DNA of 49,505 nucleotides from positions 1-49,505 of the forward strand of contig JACPEZ010000004.1 of the NCBI GenBank assembly GCA_016183225.1, read 5' to 3'. Made by a program: the position numbers and the translations under genes. This stretch comes from Candidatus Daviesbacteria bacterium (GTDB taxonomy: Bacteria; Patescibacteriota; Microgenomatia; Daviesbacterales; UBA10151). Each line of letters opens with the position of its first letter. The first letter of the stretch is position 1. Shown here one piece after another: positions 1-8,598 of the stretch. The notes beneath the pieces were generated by a model, which did not search any database, had not been told where the DNA came from, and saw only the letters and a list, made by a program, of their open reading frames with translations.

Positions 1-527
1 CCCTGGGTGCCGCTTCTGCCTTCAAAAGCGCCCTGCATGGCAGTGGGTTGTTTAGCCGGACTGGGGATAGCAGCCTCTTTCTGCTGCTGGTCTGCTTTTT
101 TTTGTTCTTCAATTATTTTTTTCCGGAGTTCGGCCCGCTGATAAATGCTTCTGTCTCTGTAGCTGGCCTGGTAGTGCAGCAATCTGTTCTTCTGGTCTGT
201 TGGTAAATTTGTGATAATACCATCCATTTCTTCCTCAAATAATAATCTCTCTTTTGCATCCTTTGCTCTTTGTTGATCTTCTTTTAAGGCCTGAAAAAAA
301 GCTTTTTTAGCAGCAGCTATTTCTTTTTGTTCGGTTTCTTCTTGAGCTTTTTTATTAAATTCAATGGTGCCTGTGGAGGGAAATTTCTCCATCCCCGCTA
401 TATCCTGACCTAAACTGACAATAGCCTCAAAAATGCCATTACCTGAAGTTTCCTTTTCAAAATCAGCCTCGTCAAACTCATCATAAAGCCCTGGGATCCC
501 CCCCAAAATTTTCTTGCGAATGTTCAT
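1..527 (-). CDS. hypothetical Glu/Lys-rich protein; starts at ATG 527 and runs off the left edge (C-terminus missing)
   Basis: Hand translation of the minus strand from ATG 527-525 stays open to position 3 (MNIRKKILGGIPGLYDEFDEADFEKE...). Absent from the ORF track because it has no stop in the window. Lies 18 nt downstream of ORF 545..745 on the same strand. Confidence 0.5.
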   Translation of the reverse strand, partial: MNIRKKILGGIPGLYDEFDEADFEKETSGNGIFEAIVSLGQDIAGMEKFPSTGTIEFNKKAQEETEQKEIAAAKKAFFQALKEDQQRAKDAKERLLFEEEMDGIITNLPTDQKNRLLHYQASYRDRSIYQRAELRKKIIEEQKKADQQQKEAAIPSPAKQPTAMQGAFEGRSGTQ

Positions 528-544
528 AGATGTTTATTATACAC

Positions 545-745
545 CTATGCGGCTTTTTTTGCTCTATGGAGAGCGATATCTAATATCTCCGCTTTTGAAA
601 GTCTTGGAGCTCCAAGATCACCATGTCCATCATGAAATAATTCTGCGATGACAGTTGTTGGGTTGATTATTACTGGCTTTAGATGCTCTGGATCCCGAAA
701 GTTGAATATCGCGCCTCTTTCCGGTTGTCCGCCTTGATTATTCAT
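545..745 (-). CDS. hypothetical small protein (66 aa)
   Basis: ORF track only; no recognisable motif. Same strand as the partial gene at 1..527 and tightly spaced with it. Confidence 0.35.
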   Translation of the reverse strand: MNNQGGQPERGAIFNFRDPEHLKPVIINPTTVIAELFHDGHGDLGAPRLSKAEILDIALHRAKKAA

Positions 746-802
746 AATAAAGCGTTATTTTACTACTTCGTGTCCGAATGTCAAGCGGGGTACAAGATAT
801 TG

Positions 803-885
803 TGCCGGGGAAAGGATTTGAACCTTCACGGGATTGCTCCCACAGCGCCCTAAACGCTGCGTGTCTGCCATTTCACCACCCCGGC
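803..885 (-). tRNA. tRNA-Leu(UAG), type II with long variable arm
   Basis: The reverse complement reads GCCGGGG-TG-GTGAAATGGCAGACAC..CAGCG-TTTAGGG-CGCTG, a long variable arm, GAAGG-TTCAAAT-CCTTT, CCCCGGC-A. The acceptor stem is 7/7 complementary. Anticodon TAG. Confidence 0.85.
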
Positions 886-891
886 ATGAAA

Positions 892-1593
892 CTATTTTAA
901 CATAAGCGCCTGTAGGTGAGCTTGGAGTTCTAAAGAGTCATTCAAAGGTTCAAGTTTAATTTTTAAAGCTTTTTCCAGCAGCCAGTCAGCTAGTGCAGGA
1001 TTTTTGGGAAGCAAAGAGCCGTGCATGTAACAGCCAACGGCATTTTTATAAATACAACCCTCGGTTTGATCACCGCCATTATTACCAAAACCCTTGATGA
1101 TTTTTCCTAAAGGCTGCCCGGTTTTTTTAAGATAAGTTTGGCCGGAATGATTCTCAAAACCAACCAATTTTCCAAATTGAGTGTCAATTATTATATTCCC
1201 AATCATCCGTTTATCCCCGGCCACGGTATAAGCCGGAAATAGTCCTACGCCGGGGAGCTTTGGTCTATTGTGTGGTTTGTAGTATTGACCTAACAGTTGG
1301 TATCCACCACAAATAGCAAGAAGAGGTATTCCACGTTCAACCTCTTCTTTAATTATTTTTCCCTTGCCACTAGACTCTAAGTCACTAGCGACTAGACTTT
1401 GTTGTTGATCCTGTCCTCCCCCAAAAAAGAAAATATCACACTCCCCTTTTTTAATTTTTGACTTTAAACTTTTAACTTTTAACTTAACCTCAATTCCCCT
1501 CCACTCTGCCCGTTTTTTCAAGGCAATAATGTTGCCCATGTCACCGTAGATATTCATTAAGTCTGCATATAAATGACCAATAATCAGTTTCAT
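892..1593 (-). CDS. gatD: lipid II isoglutaminyl synthase, glutamine amidotransferase subunit GatD (CobQ-type GATase)
   Basis: 233 aa. Contains the LLAICGGYQLLG nucleophile-Cys motif and YMHGS near the C-terminus. Its start overlaps the murT stop by 4 nt (ATGA), the classic murT-gatD arrangement. Confidence 0.85.
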   Translation of the reverse strand: MKLIIGHLYADLMNIYGDMGNIIALKKRAEWRGIEVKLKVKSLKSKIKKGECDIFFFGGGQDQQQSLVASDLESSGKGKIIKEEVERGIPLLAICGGYQLLGQYYKPHNRPKLPGVGLFPAYTVAGDKRMIGNIIIDTQFGKLVGFENHSGQTYLKKTGQPLGKIIKGFGNNGGDQTEGCIYKNAVGCYMHGSLLPKNPALADWLLEKALKIKLEPLNDSLELQAHLQALMLK

Positions 1594-2780
1594 GTTTCCT
1601 CCCAGTAGCGCTTTTTAAGAATCTTTTGCAGCTCAAGCATGGCAGTATATGTAGGCATGATGAAAAGAGACCCTTTTAGGCCTTTTCTGGCCTCTTGCAG
1701 GGCCTTTTTCAGGTTTGGTTCAACTACAGCCTTTAAGTCTGCATATTTTAACCTGACTGCCAAATCATAAGCTCTGGTTCCGGAAACATAAGTATGATTT
1801 TTGGGAAGAAGCTCAAATTCACTATCCCAAATCCATGATACGTCAGTGCCATCGGCTATGTTGTCGTTTAGAGCTAAAAGCAATCTGTCCCGGGGTTTGA
1901 CATGCGGAGCAATGGTTTTAAACACTTCTGTAGCCCCGGCCGGATTTTTAATCAGGAAAATATAGCCAAATGGCAATTTCTCAAACCGTCCAAAAGCCGG
2001 CTGAAAATTAGTTAAATTTTTAACCGGTAAATTTAGCAGTTTGGCACAAGTAATGGCTGCCAAGGCATCATAAATATGATACATTCCCGGCAGATTAATT
2101 TTAAATATTAAATTTTTAATTTTAAATTCTGAACCGTTTAAGCCATTGAGTTTAATATTTTTAAGATCCTTTTTGCCAAATTCTTTAGTATTACTGAAAC
2201 AATTTTTCAGCTTAGCTAAATCTGGCTCGTCCGCGTTTATCAAAACAGTAGTTTTGGGATCAAGTTTAGATAATGTATCGCACCAGTCATTGACTATTTT
2301 ATCCACTTCCCCGTATCTGTCCAGTTGATCACGGGAAACATTTAAGAAAATAATAATATCAGGTTTTATTTTTGGGACTACTGAATTAAAAGCAGCCTCA
2401 TCCAGCTCCCAAATGCCGAGTCGGTAGTCGGTAGTCGGTAGTCGGTAGTCGGCGATTAAAGCAGAGGCGATGCCTCTTTCCAGATTTGAACCCGTATGGT
2501 TTCTGATTACTTTTAATCCTGCTTCTTGGGCTATATGGGCCAGGATTCTGGCCGTAGTGGTTTTGCCGTTGGTGCCGGTGATAACTATGTTTTTAGGGAT
2601 ATTTATTATGAGTTTTTCAATTAATTTAGGTTCAATTTTTAAAGCATATAGACCGGGCGCGGCAGAGCCGCCGCCGATATGAAAAAATCTGGTCAGGAGG
2701 GCAATAATTTTCCCTGCCAGAATTGCCAAAAGTAACCGCATATAAGGCATTTTACCGCAAATCCGGTTGTCCTGAAACAC
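1590..2780 (-). CDS. murT: Mur-ligase-family lipid II isoglutaminyl synthase subunit MurT
   Basis: Contains the ITGTNGKTTT P-loop and a Mur ligase middle-domain pattern (WELDEAAF), and is coupled to gatD. The true start may be an internal Met (MPYM or MRLLL, about 2741-2750) because the ORF start overlaps the upstream gene. Confidence 0.85.
   Translation of the reverse strand: MFQDNRICGKMPYMRLLLAILAGKIIALLTRFFHIGGGSAAPGLYALKIEPKLIEKLIINIPKNIVITGTNGKTTTARILAHIAQEAGLKVIRNHTGSNLERGIASALIADYRLPTTDYRLGIWELDEAAFNSVVPKIKPDIIIFLNVSRDQLDRYGEVDKIVNDWCDTLSKLDPKTTVLINADEPDLAKLKNCFSNTKEFGKKDLKNIKLNGLNGSEFKIKNLIFKINLPGMYHIYDALAAITCAKLLNLPVKNLTNFQPAFGRFEKLPFGYIFLIKNPAGATEVFKTIAPHVKPRDRLLLALNDNIADGTDVSWIWDSEFELLPKNHTYVSGTRAYDLAVRLKYADLKAVVEPNLKKALQEARKGLKGSLFIMPTYTAMLELQKILKKRYWEET
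2419..2452. repeat. tandem heptanucleotide repeat AGTCGGT, 4 full copies plus a 6-nt partial copy, inside murT
   Basis: Read directly: gAGTCGGTAGTCGGTAGTCGGTAGTCGGTAGTCGGcg. It encodes DYRLPTTDYRL in MurT. Confidence 0.95.
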
Positions 2781-3330
2781 CCGCTATTTTGATGAAGCTA
2801 TCCAGATCTTTCATAAAAAAGGCTACCTTTTTACCCCAGTGGGGTGAGGCCGCATAAACTCTGTTCATTTGATAGGGATCTGTCAAACCTTTATCCAGAT
2901 AATTTTCCCGCAAGCCCCGCGCTACCTCAAAAATACCCTCTCTCCATGACTTAAAGTAAATAGCCTGATTTCCATAAACTCCCCATCCCCAGGCATTATA
3001 TCCTCCGGGAATTTGTTTGCCAAAAGTAGATTCCACCCCCGAAATTGCGGGCACCAGTTTCCAGTCAAGATCATACTCATTGGCCGCATCAATAAAATCC
3101 TGGGCATGATATTCCAGGGGAGAGTTGTATTTCTTAAAATAATCGGCCAGCACCCTGGCTTTTTCGTCCAAAACTTTGGCCTGTATTCTAACAGAGGGAG
3201 AAATTTCCTTTGCAGGTTTAGCTAGTACCGCGGATTGGGAAAAAATCAGGGAAACGGCAATGGCAAACGCCAATGGTAGTTTATTCATAAAATAGTCCTG
3301 TAGTATAGCAGAAATAAAGCGTAATGTCAA
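2752..3330 (-). CDS. secreted lysozyme-like/SLT-like cell-wall protein (paralog 1); likely start MNKLPLAF at 3288
   Basis: Has a signal-peptide-like N-terminus. The motif DWKLVPAISGVESTFG..YNAWGWGVYG is shared with the neighbouring ORF 3343..3918. The E-S motif resembles lytic transglycosylase catalytic sites. Confidence 0.55.
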   Translation of the reverse strand: MTLRFISAILQDYFMNKLPLAFAIAVSLIFSQSAVLAKPAKEISPSVRIQAKVLDEKARVLADYFKKYNSPLEYHAQDFIDAANEYDLDWKLVPAISGVESTFGKQIPGGYNAWGWGVYGNQAIYFKSWREGIFEVARGLRENYLDKGLTDPYQMNRVYAASPHWGKKVAFFMKDLDSFIKIAGVSGQPDLR

Positions 3331-3342
3331 GCTTACTGAAGT

Positions 3343-3918
3343 TTATTGAAGTTCCAGCATGAAGGATTTAACTCCTCTGGCCCAGTCCCCGCCTTTTTTA
3401 AGAGAGGGAGGAGTATATTTGGCCATGATCTTATCCGGCGTGTTTAAGCCCTGGTTTAAATAATCCTGTTTTAGAGCTTTGCCCACTTTTTCCACAGCCT
3501 CTTCCCAGGAGGAAAACCTGATGACCAGATTGCCGTAGATGCCGTAACCAAAAGGGTTGTAGGAATTTTTAATGACTTTCTTTCCCCCGTTGCTTTCCTG
3601 CATGGCAATGGCCGGTAAAAGTTTCCAGTCCAGCCCGTATTTATCAGCCACTTCAATAAAATGACTGTTTAATCCGGCAAGAGGAGATTTGTAACCCTCA
3701 AAAAAGTTTTTTACCAGCAAAGATCTGCCATCCAGAAAAATAATATCCTGGGCAAGTCTGTTATTGTCCGGCGGCAGGGCCGAATACAGCTTGAAGTTTT
3801 GGTTTTGAGGAGCAATGATTTGATCGGCTGACAAATAGATCAGAAAAAAAATACTGAATAGCAAAGTTGTGATGACGGCCCCAAACCACGCCGCCACCAG
3901 GGTAGGTTTAATGTCCAT
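3343..3918 (-). CDS. membrane-anchored lysozyme-like/SLT-like cell-wall protein (paralog 2)
   Basis: N-terminal TM segment. Contains DWKLLPAIAMQESNGG..YNPFGYGIYG and is collinear with ORF 2752..3330. Confidence 0.55.
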   Translation of the reverse strand: MDIKPTLVAAWFGAVITTLLFSIFFLIYLSADQIIAPQNQNFKLYSALPPDNNRLAQDIIFLDGRSLLVKNFFEGYKSPLAGLNSHFIEVADKYGLDWKLLPAIAMQESNGGKKVIKNSYNPFGYGIYGNLVIRFSSWEEAVEKVGKALKQDYLNQGLNTPDKIMAKYTPPSLKKGGDWARGVKSFMLELQ

Positions 3919-3957
3919 CTGCTTAAAATTTATTAAGATTATATTTAGACCTAAAAC

Positions 3958-4857
3958 TTAAGAAATGTCAAGTATAACTTTGGCCAGGCGTTCCGGATCG
4001 TGGCGCAGCAGGTGTTCTCTAATGTGATAAACAGCCAGACGGGATTTAATTATTTTAAGCTTATTCGACACTTTTGCGCAAAGTTCGTCGTCAATTTCCA
4101 CGGGTTCCTGGCCGTCTTTTTTGTATACTCTTAAAATCTCCCTGCTTAAGCCGTTTGAATTCCCGATCGCGTAATTTATTCTGTTTTTATCTTCCAGGTA
4201 TTTTATAAACACTTTTAAGTAATCCGAGGCCTTAAACGAATCCGTCTCCCCTTTTTTGGTCATTAAATTCAAAATCAGAATAACTTTAGCTTTGGAGTTT
4301 ACTACAGCGTCGCGGATGCCGTTTACCAGAAGATGAGGCAGCAGCGAAGTGTAAAGGTCGCCTGACGAGAAAATAATCTTGTCTGCTTGCTTGATGGCTT
4401 TGATCACTTCCGGGTTGGGATCCGGATTGGAATCAAAATAAATTCTCATGATTTTGTCTTTGGGATTGTAATCTTCTGCCAGACCGCGCAAATCAATTCT
4501 GGTTTCCCCTTCAATTTCCTCGCCGGTTTCCAGTTTGGCAATTAAATTTAAATCCGAAAGAGCTACCGGCAGAACCCTGGCTCTGATGCGAAAAAGCATT
4601 CTTTCAGCATCCAGTCCCCTGTCCGGTCCTTTGTAATTTTGTTCCAGACGGGCGGCTATCAAATTGCCCAGACTATGGCCTTTGAGCGGGCCTTTGACAT
4701 CCTCCAACCGGTCGTCAAACAGTTTTTGGGCCACCTGGCGCTGCCGGGGATCTTCCATCAAAGCCAGTAAACACTGGCGCATGTCGCCGGGCGGTAAAAT
4801 CCCCAGTTCGGTGCGCAGTTTGCCTGATGATCCGCCCGAGTCCCATGTTCCCACCAC
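3958..4857 (-). CDS. yvcK: YvcK/CofD-family (UPF0052, gluconeogenesis factor-like) protein, N-terminally truncated; possible pseudogene
   Basis: TAVVGTWDSGGSSGKLRTELGILPPGDMRQCL matches the conserved YvcK block I recall (ITAIVTVADDGGSSGRLR...PPGD). The Gly-rich GGGTG loop upstream is missing. The ORF begins at GTG. Confidence 0.7.
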   Translation of the reverse strand: MVGTWDSGGSSGKLRTELGILPPGDMRQCLLALMEDPRQRQVAQKLFDDRLEDVKGPLKGHSLGNLIAARLEQNYKGPDRGLDAERMLFRIRARVLPVALSDLNLIAKLETGEEIEGETRIDLRGLAEDYNPKDKIMRIYFDSNPDPNPEVIKAIKQADKIIFSSGDLYTSLLPHLLVNGIRDAVVNSKAKVILILNLMTKKGETDSFKASDYLKVFIKYLEDKNRINYAIGNSNGLSREILRVYKKDGQEPVEIDDELCAKVSNKLKIIKSRLAVYHIREHLLRHDPERLAKVILDIS

Positions 4858-4917
4858 GGCTGTAATAAGCTGGGGTTGATTCAGCTCAACCAGTCCCCGC
4901 AGCAGCGAAAAATGTCC

Positions 4918-4983
4918 GTATACACGCAGCCCTCAGAAGGCTGTGAGCGCAAGCTCGTGGAGGTTCAAATCCTCTCCTCGGCA
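4918..4983 (+). pseudogene. tRNA-Leu(CAG) 3' fragment; lacks the 5' acceptor strand and D-stem
   Basis: Contains CAGCC-CTCAGAA-GGCTG (anticodon CAG), a long variable arm, GGAGG-TTCAAAT-CCTCT and CCTCGGC-A. The complementary GCCGAGG is absent upstream. Similarity to the neighbouring tRNA-Leu starts at GTATACACG. Confidence 0.7.
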
Positions 4984-4989
4984 CTGAAT

Positions 4990-5072
4990 GCGGACGTGGT
5001 GAAACGGTATACACGCAGCCTTGAGGTGGCTGTGCCCGAAAGGGTGTGGAGGTTCAACTCCTCTCGTCCGCA
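4990..5072 (+). tRNA. tRNA-Leu(GAG)
   Basis: Reads GCGGACG-TG-GTGAAACGGTATACAC-G-CAGCC-TTGAGGT-GGCTG, variable arm TGCCCGAAAGGGTG, GGAGG-TTCAACT-CCTCT, CGTCCGC-A. Confidence 0.85.
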
Positions 5073-5077
5073 CATTT

Positions 5078-5121
5078 GGACAAGTAGCTCAGTTGGTTAG
5101 AGCACCTCGTTTACATCGAGG
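5078..5121 (+). pseudogene. 5' half of a split tRNA-Val(UAC): acceptor 5' strand, D arm and anticodon arm only
   Basis: Reads GGACAAG-TA-GCTC-AGTTGGTTA-GAGC-A-CCTCG-TTTACAT-CGAGG, after which no T arm follows. The matching T arm plus CTTGTCC lies at 18675..18699. Confidence 0.75.
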
Positions 5122-5160
5122 AAGAGAAGTGGTATGCTTAGCGCACTGAGCGATTTTTAA

Positions 5161-5234
5161 GGGCACTTAGCTCAGTTGGTAGAGCGTCTCGTTTACACCG
5201 AGAAGGTTCGTAGGTTCGAGACCTACAGTGCCCA
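5161..5234 (+). tRNA. tRNA-Val(UAC), island-borne
   Basis: Reads GGGCACT-TA-GCTC-AGTTGGTA-GAGC-G-TCTCG-TTTACAC-CGAGA-AGGTTC-GTAGG-TTCGAGA-CCTAC-AGTGCCC-A. Complete cloverleaf; the variable loop appears to be 6 nt. Confidence 0.8.
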
Positions 5235-5338
5235 CACAGAGAGTGGAAGTCCTCCAATTCGGTACGGGGGGAGGATACGGCCAGGTAACTGGTGCGATTA
5301 AAGACTTCTGCAAGGTAACTCTCTCTTTATTCAAAACT

Positions 5339-6379
5339 ATGGATAAAGAGACGTTACGCTTACTGATAAAAAAATTTAAAGATCATAGGCAAAGAAGGTG
5401 GAAATCAGCCAAAACCACAGCTAATAATGCTTATTTCTTTAATCTTTTACTGGAATATTTAGATACTCCTTTTAACCGTGAAGCGATCATCAAATTCTTC
5501 AATTACCTGTCAGACAGGGAGCTTTCAGAAAGTACAAGAAGGCAAGCTGAAACTGCTATTCTGGCGTTTGCAGACTGGTTGTTTTATGAAGACATAATTC
5601 CAAAAAAGTGGACAATAAATATTGATAGAACTTATGTTCACAGAAAGCCCAGGATTCTTCCTTCTCAAACAGAAGTCTTGGAGCTGATAAAAAAAGCTAC
5701 AGAACCAGGTAGATTCGACAGCAGATTATCTACCTTTTCAAAAATGGAACACAGAGCTTGTTTGTGTTTTATTGTAGTAGCTTGCGGTGGTAGGAATTAT
5801 GAAACTTCCCAGATTCTAAGGGAACATGTATCTATATCCGGTAATCAGCTAACAATTGTGGAGGGTAAAAATGGGCCTAGAAATGCAGCAATTCCAGCAG
5901 TCCCCTGGCTGGTTGAGGATTTAACAAGAAGGGTAAATGGAGAGCGTACAGCAGATGAACTCAAAACTCTAAGTGACAGAACCCATTACAAAGAAAGTGA
6001 TTTAGAGAGGCTGTTTGTGGTCAATGAAAAAAAATTAGAGGAAACAATGCGGAAAGCTGGAAAATTATTCGGAAGTCCTATGAATGTGCACGATCTAAGA
6101 AGGATTTTTGCACGGGACCTAAAGAAAAATGGTGCTTCTATTGATGATATTAAGGACGCAATGGGTCATAGAGCTATTGAAACGACCATGAAATATCTGG
6201 AATATGACACCTCAACTCAGGCTAAGACCTTAAAGAATTATAGTTCAGAAGCCAGGAAGTACAGGACTCAGGAAGAAAAGGTAAAAGAGCTTATTAGTCA
6301 TGCCTGGGAAATAGGAAGGGTTATTGGTGGTGGGGACTTTAAAAAAGGTATTTTGAATTTAAGGGTAAAAATTAACTAA
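5339..6379 (+). CDS. tyrosine recombinase/phage-type integrase (island integrase 1)
   Basis: C-terminal catalytic pattern HDLRRIFA...GHRAIETTMKYLEY (H-x-x-R, H, Y). The ORF-track start at 5228 overlaps tRNA-Val, so the in-frame ATG at 5339 (MDKETLRLL) is preferred. Confidence 0.8.
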   Translation: MDKETLRLLIKKFKDHRQRRWKSAKTTANNAYFFNLLLEYLDTPFNREAIIKFFNYLSDRELSESTRRQAETAILAFADWLFYEDIIPKKWTINIDRTYVHRKPRILPSQTEVLELIKKATEPGRFDSRLSTFSKMEHRACLCFIVVACGGRNYETSQILREHVSISGNQLTIVEGKNGPRNAAIPAVPWLVEDLTRRVNGERTADELKTLSDRTHYKESDLERLFVVNEKKLEETMRKAGKLFGSPMNVHDLRRIFARDLKKNGASIDDIKDAMGHRAIETTMKYLEYDTSTQAKTLKNYSSEARKYRTQEEKVKELISHAWEIGRVIGGGDFKKGILNLRVKIN

Positions 6380-6479
6380 AATATTTAAGCTCATCCCTCA
6401 TCACGCCCCTTTATAGTTTCAGTCCAGGTATGTGGATCAGTAGCACAGATTGATCCGTCACAAGCTTGATAATCATGCT

Positions 6480-6785
6480 TCATTCCCAGAACGGCCTACT
6501 TTTTGTTTCCCTGAACATTTCTACAACTTCAGAGGTCAGTACAGAGTCAAAGAGTAAAACAGTTTCAGCTTCTACCCTGGAAACACCTAAATCTTCCAGA
6601 AGCTTAATTGGCATTTCCTTAAACTCAATTAAAAAATTATAGTGTTCTTTGTTATCTTTTAGTAAAATCCTTAACTGTTTCAGTTCTGTGAAATATTGGG
6701 CAATTTTGCAAAGCCGGATATTTTCTTTTGTATCCCTTGGTAGTTTAGTCATTGAGCCAGTCGGCATTTTTAAGCACCTCCTCAT
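6480..6785 (-). CDS. hypothetical protein (101 aa)
   Basis: ORF track only. Overlaps the 3' end of ORF 6745..8598 by 41 nt on the same strand, so the true start may be internal. Confidence 0.35.
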   Translation of the reverse strand: MRRCLKMPTGSMTKLPRDTKENIRLCKIAQYFTELKQLRILLKDNKEHYNFLIEFKEMPIKLLEDLGVSRVEAETVLLFDSVLTSEVVEMFRETKSRPFWE

Positions 6786-8598
6786 AATTTGGGATCTCTG
6801 GTTTAACTGTTTCGTCCAAAATAGGGTTTTCTACTGCCATTGTCGCCATTGTTGCCACTCCGTGCCTAGGATTAGTGGCAGTAACATCATTTTCAGTGGC
6901 AGTAATGGCAACAGGAGAATCTTTATCGCCATTAGATTTTGAATTCAGAGTGGTGGTAGTGGCAGTAGTGGCGATAATTTTCTTCTGTTGGACAGTTTTA
7001 GTAAGTTTGATTAAGGTACCTGCGCTGCTTTCTGATCTTGTTGCAGTAATACCTATGGAAATAAGATTAGGTCTTACTTGCATAATTTTTCTCCAAAGAT
7101 GATTTACTGCCTTAGGAAAACCGTCTTCCCCGCCTACTTGCTGTTTTGAATTTTCGACAATCGTTTTTAATTCCCCGTATAGCTCCGAAGCCAAACTTTC
7201 CCATTCCTCTTTATTAGACATGAATTGAATTATTGCGCTGGCTGTAACGCTTGCCTCAAGAGCAGTTTCATTTTGTCTTTTAGTATTCTTATCAAATGCT
7301 GCTAAAAAAGAATTTTGAGTGAATCCCAGCGCAATTGCTGCTGCGGATGCGTATTTTGCATAATCTGCCATTCGTGGTCGAACTGTAAATTTTAAGGTTG
7401 GTGCAATCTTCAAGATTTTAGATAAAATATCAAACAAAGATCCTAGGATTGCTGGTTTAAGATTGTTAAACTCGATCCAGAGTTCTTCTTCGGCCTGACG
7501 ATTTTCTGGTGGTATTAGATCGTAGGCGAGGATTAGCGACCTTTCTAGTAGGTCCGCTCTTGTTGCTACTAAAGTAATTCCAGAAAGTCCTACTGCTATT
7601 TTCTGTTTAAAAACTATGGCGTCTTCATCTGTAAATAGCTTCCTTTTTGTAGAACCGATTCCGGTAACAAAACGGGAAAAGGCATCAGATAGTTCATCCC
7701 GTAAGTTGGAAAGATTATCTAAATACAAACAATAGTGATGGTGTGCAGCTAGGGCAAGCTCCCGCAGATCACTTATGGGATCAAGCAGGTCTGCGTGACT
7801 TGGATCAATTAGATTTCTTGCAATCCGCAGACTTGTAGATTTTGCGCTTCCCTGATCTCCTGTATTTATCAATGCCACCCTAGGAATGTCAGGGATGCAA
7901 ACTGTTGGTAAATAAGTTAGAAAAAGCAGCTTGTCGGTCTCCGATTTTAGATTGATAAACGGCAGAACATCCTCAAGGTTGCCTCCCCTTATAGGTGTAA
8001 CTTGAGCCATCTGGTGATTAAATCTGCGGAACTTTACAGGAACGTTTGGATAGCCATCTATTTCCCAGCCATTCTGATCTACCCTGACAACCCGAATATC
8101 GTCACCTAAATCATAATAAATAACTCCATTTATCCTAGCTATTCGATTGTAAAGCTCAATGATTTGTCTTTCATGGAATGCCTTACCCTCCAGAGTACCG
8201 ACAACCGTTTGGAAGGTGTCACCACTAAAGCCTTTTTCGTACTCTTCCCAATATTTTCCCGCAAGCCATCTTCTGAAAGTTACACTCCTAATAGGAAAAG
8301 CAGTAACAGCTTTTTCTGGAAAACTAATATGCGGTTCCCCTAATTGATCCAAATACAATTCAGAGCCAGACTCAAGCGTTAGGTTTACCAGTTGTTCAGC
8401 TACTTTATCTCCTTTTGGAAGTTGCTTTTCTTTGGATTCACTTTCTTGTGGGATTAGATCGTTATCTTCCTTAGAATAGTTTTCCATTTGCTCGTTAGGG
8501 GGATTTATCCCTAGGGAAGCAAGGGTTTTGTTTAGCTGTGAGTTTGGATCTTCGAATTCTTTATCTCCTGGAATATATATATTGCTCTCTTTCTGCAT
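6745..8598 (-). CDS. P-loop NTPase, putative replication (primase/helicase-like, SF3-like) protein of the island
   Basis: Walker A-like NTGDQGSAKST and Walker B-like YCLYLDNLS. Large N-terminal domain and a Thr/Ala-rich low-complexity C-terminal linker. Sits beside RHH and XRE regulators. Confidence 0.45.
   Translation of the reverse strand: MQKESNIYIPGDKEFEDPNSQLNKTLASLGINPPNEQMENYSKEDNDLIPQESESKEKQLPKGDKVAEQLVNLTLESGSELYLDQLGEPHISFPEKAVTAFPIRSVTFRRWLAGKYWEEYEKGFSGDTFQTVVGTLEGKAFHERQIIELYNRIARINGVIYYDLGDDIRVVRVDQNGWEIDGYPNVPVKFRRFNHQMAQVTPIRGGNLEDVLPFINLKSETDKLLFLTYLPTVCIPDIPRVALINTGDQGSAKSTSLRIARNLIDPSHADLLDPISDLRELALAAHHHYCLYLDNLSNLRDELSDAFSRFVTGIGSTKRKLFTDEDAIVFKQKIAVGLSGITLVATRADLLERSLILAYDLIPPENRQAEEELWIEFNNLKPAILGSLFDILSKILKIAPTLKFTVRPRMADYAKYASAAAIALGFTQNSFLAAFDKNTKRQNETALEASVTASAIIQFMSNKEEWESLASELYGELKTIVENSKQQVGGEDGFPKAVNHLWRKIMQVRPNLISIGITATRSESSAGTLIKLTKTVQQKKIIATTATTTTLNSKSNGDKDSPVAITATENDVTATNPRHGVATMATMAVENPILDETVKPEIPNYEEVLKNADWLND

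Noticed and set aside
2419-2452. The heptamer repeat, considered as a CRISPR-like or intergenic repeat
   Set aside because: The units are only 7 nt long with no spacers, and they lie inside a coding region. It is a microsatellite, not a CRISPR array. No CRISPR-like array was seen anywhere in the window.
5228-5338. Integrase ORF extension starting at 5228
   Set aside because: It starts inside tRNA-Val(UAC). The in-frame ATG at 5339 is the more plausible start.
6840-6985. Repeated GTGGCAGTA-like motifs, considered as a possible repeat array
   Set aside because: They are explained by the Thr/Ala-rich low-complexity C-terminal linker (TATENDVTAT, ATTATTTT) of the 617-aa protein. The spacing is irregular and there are no spacer-like unique segments.
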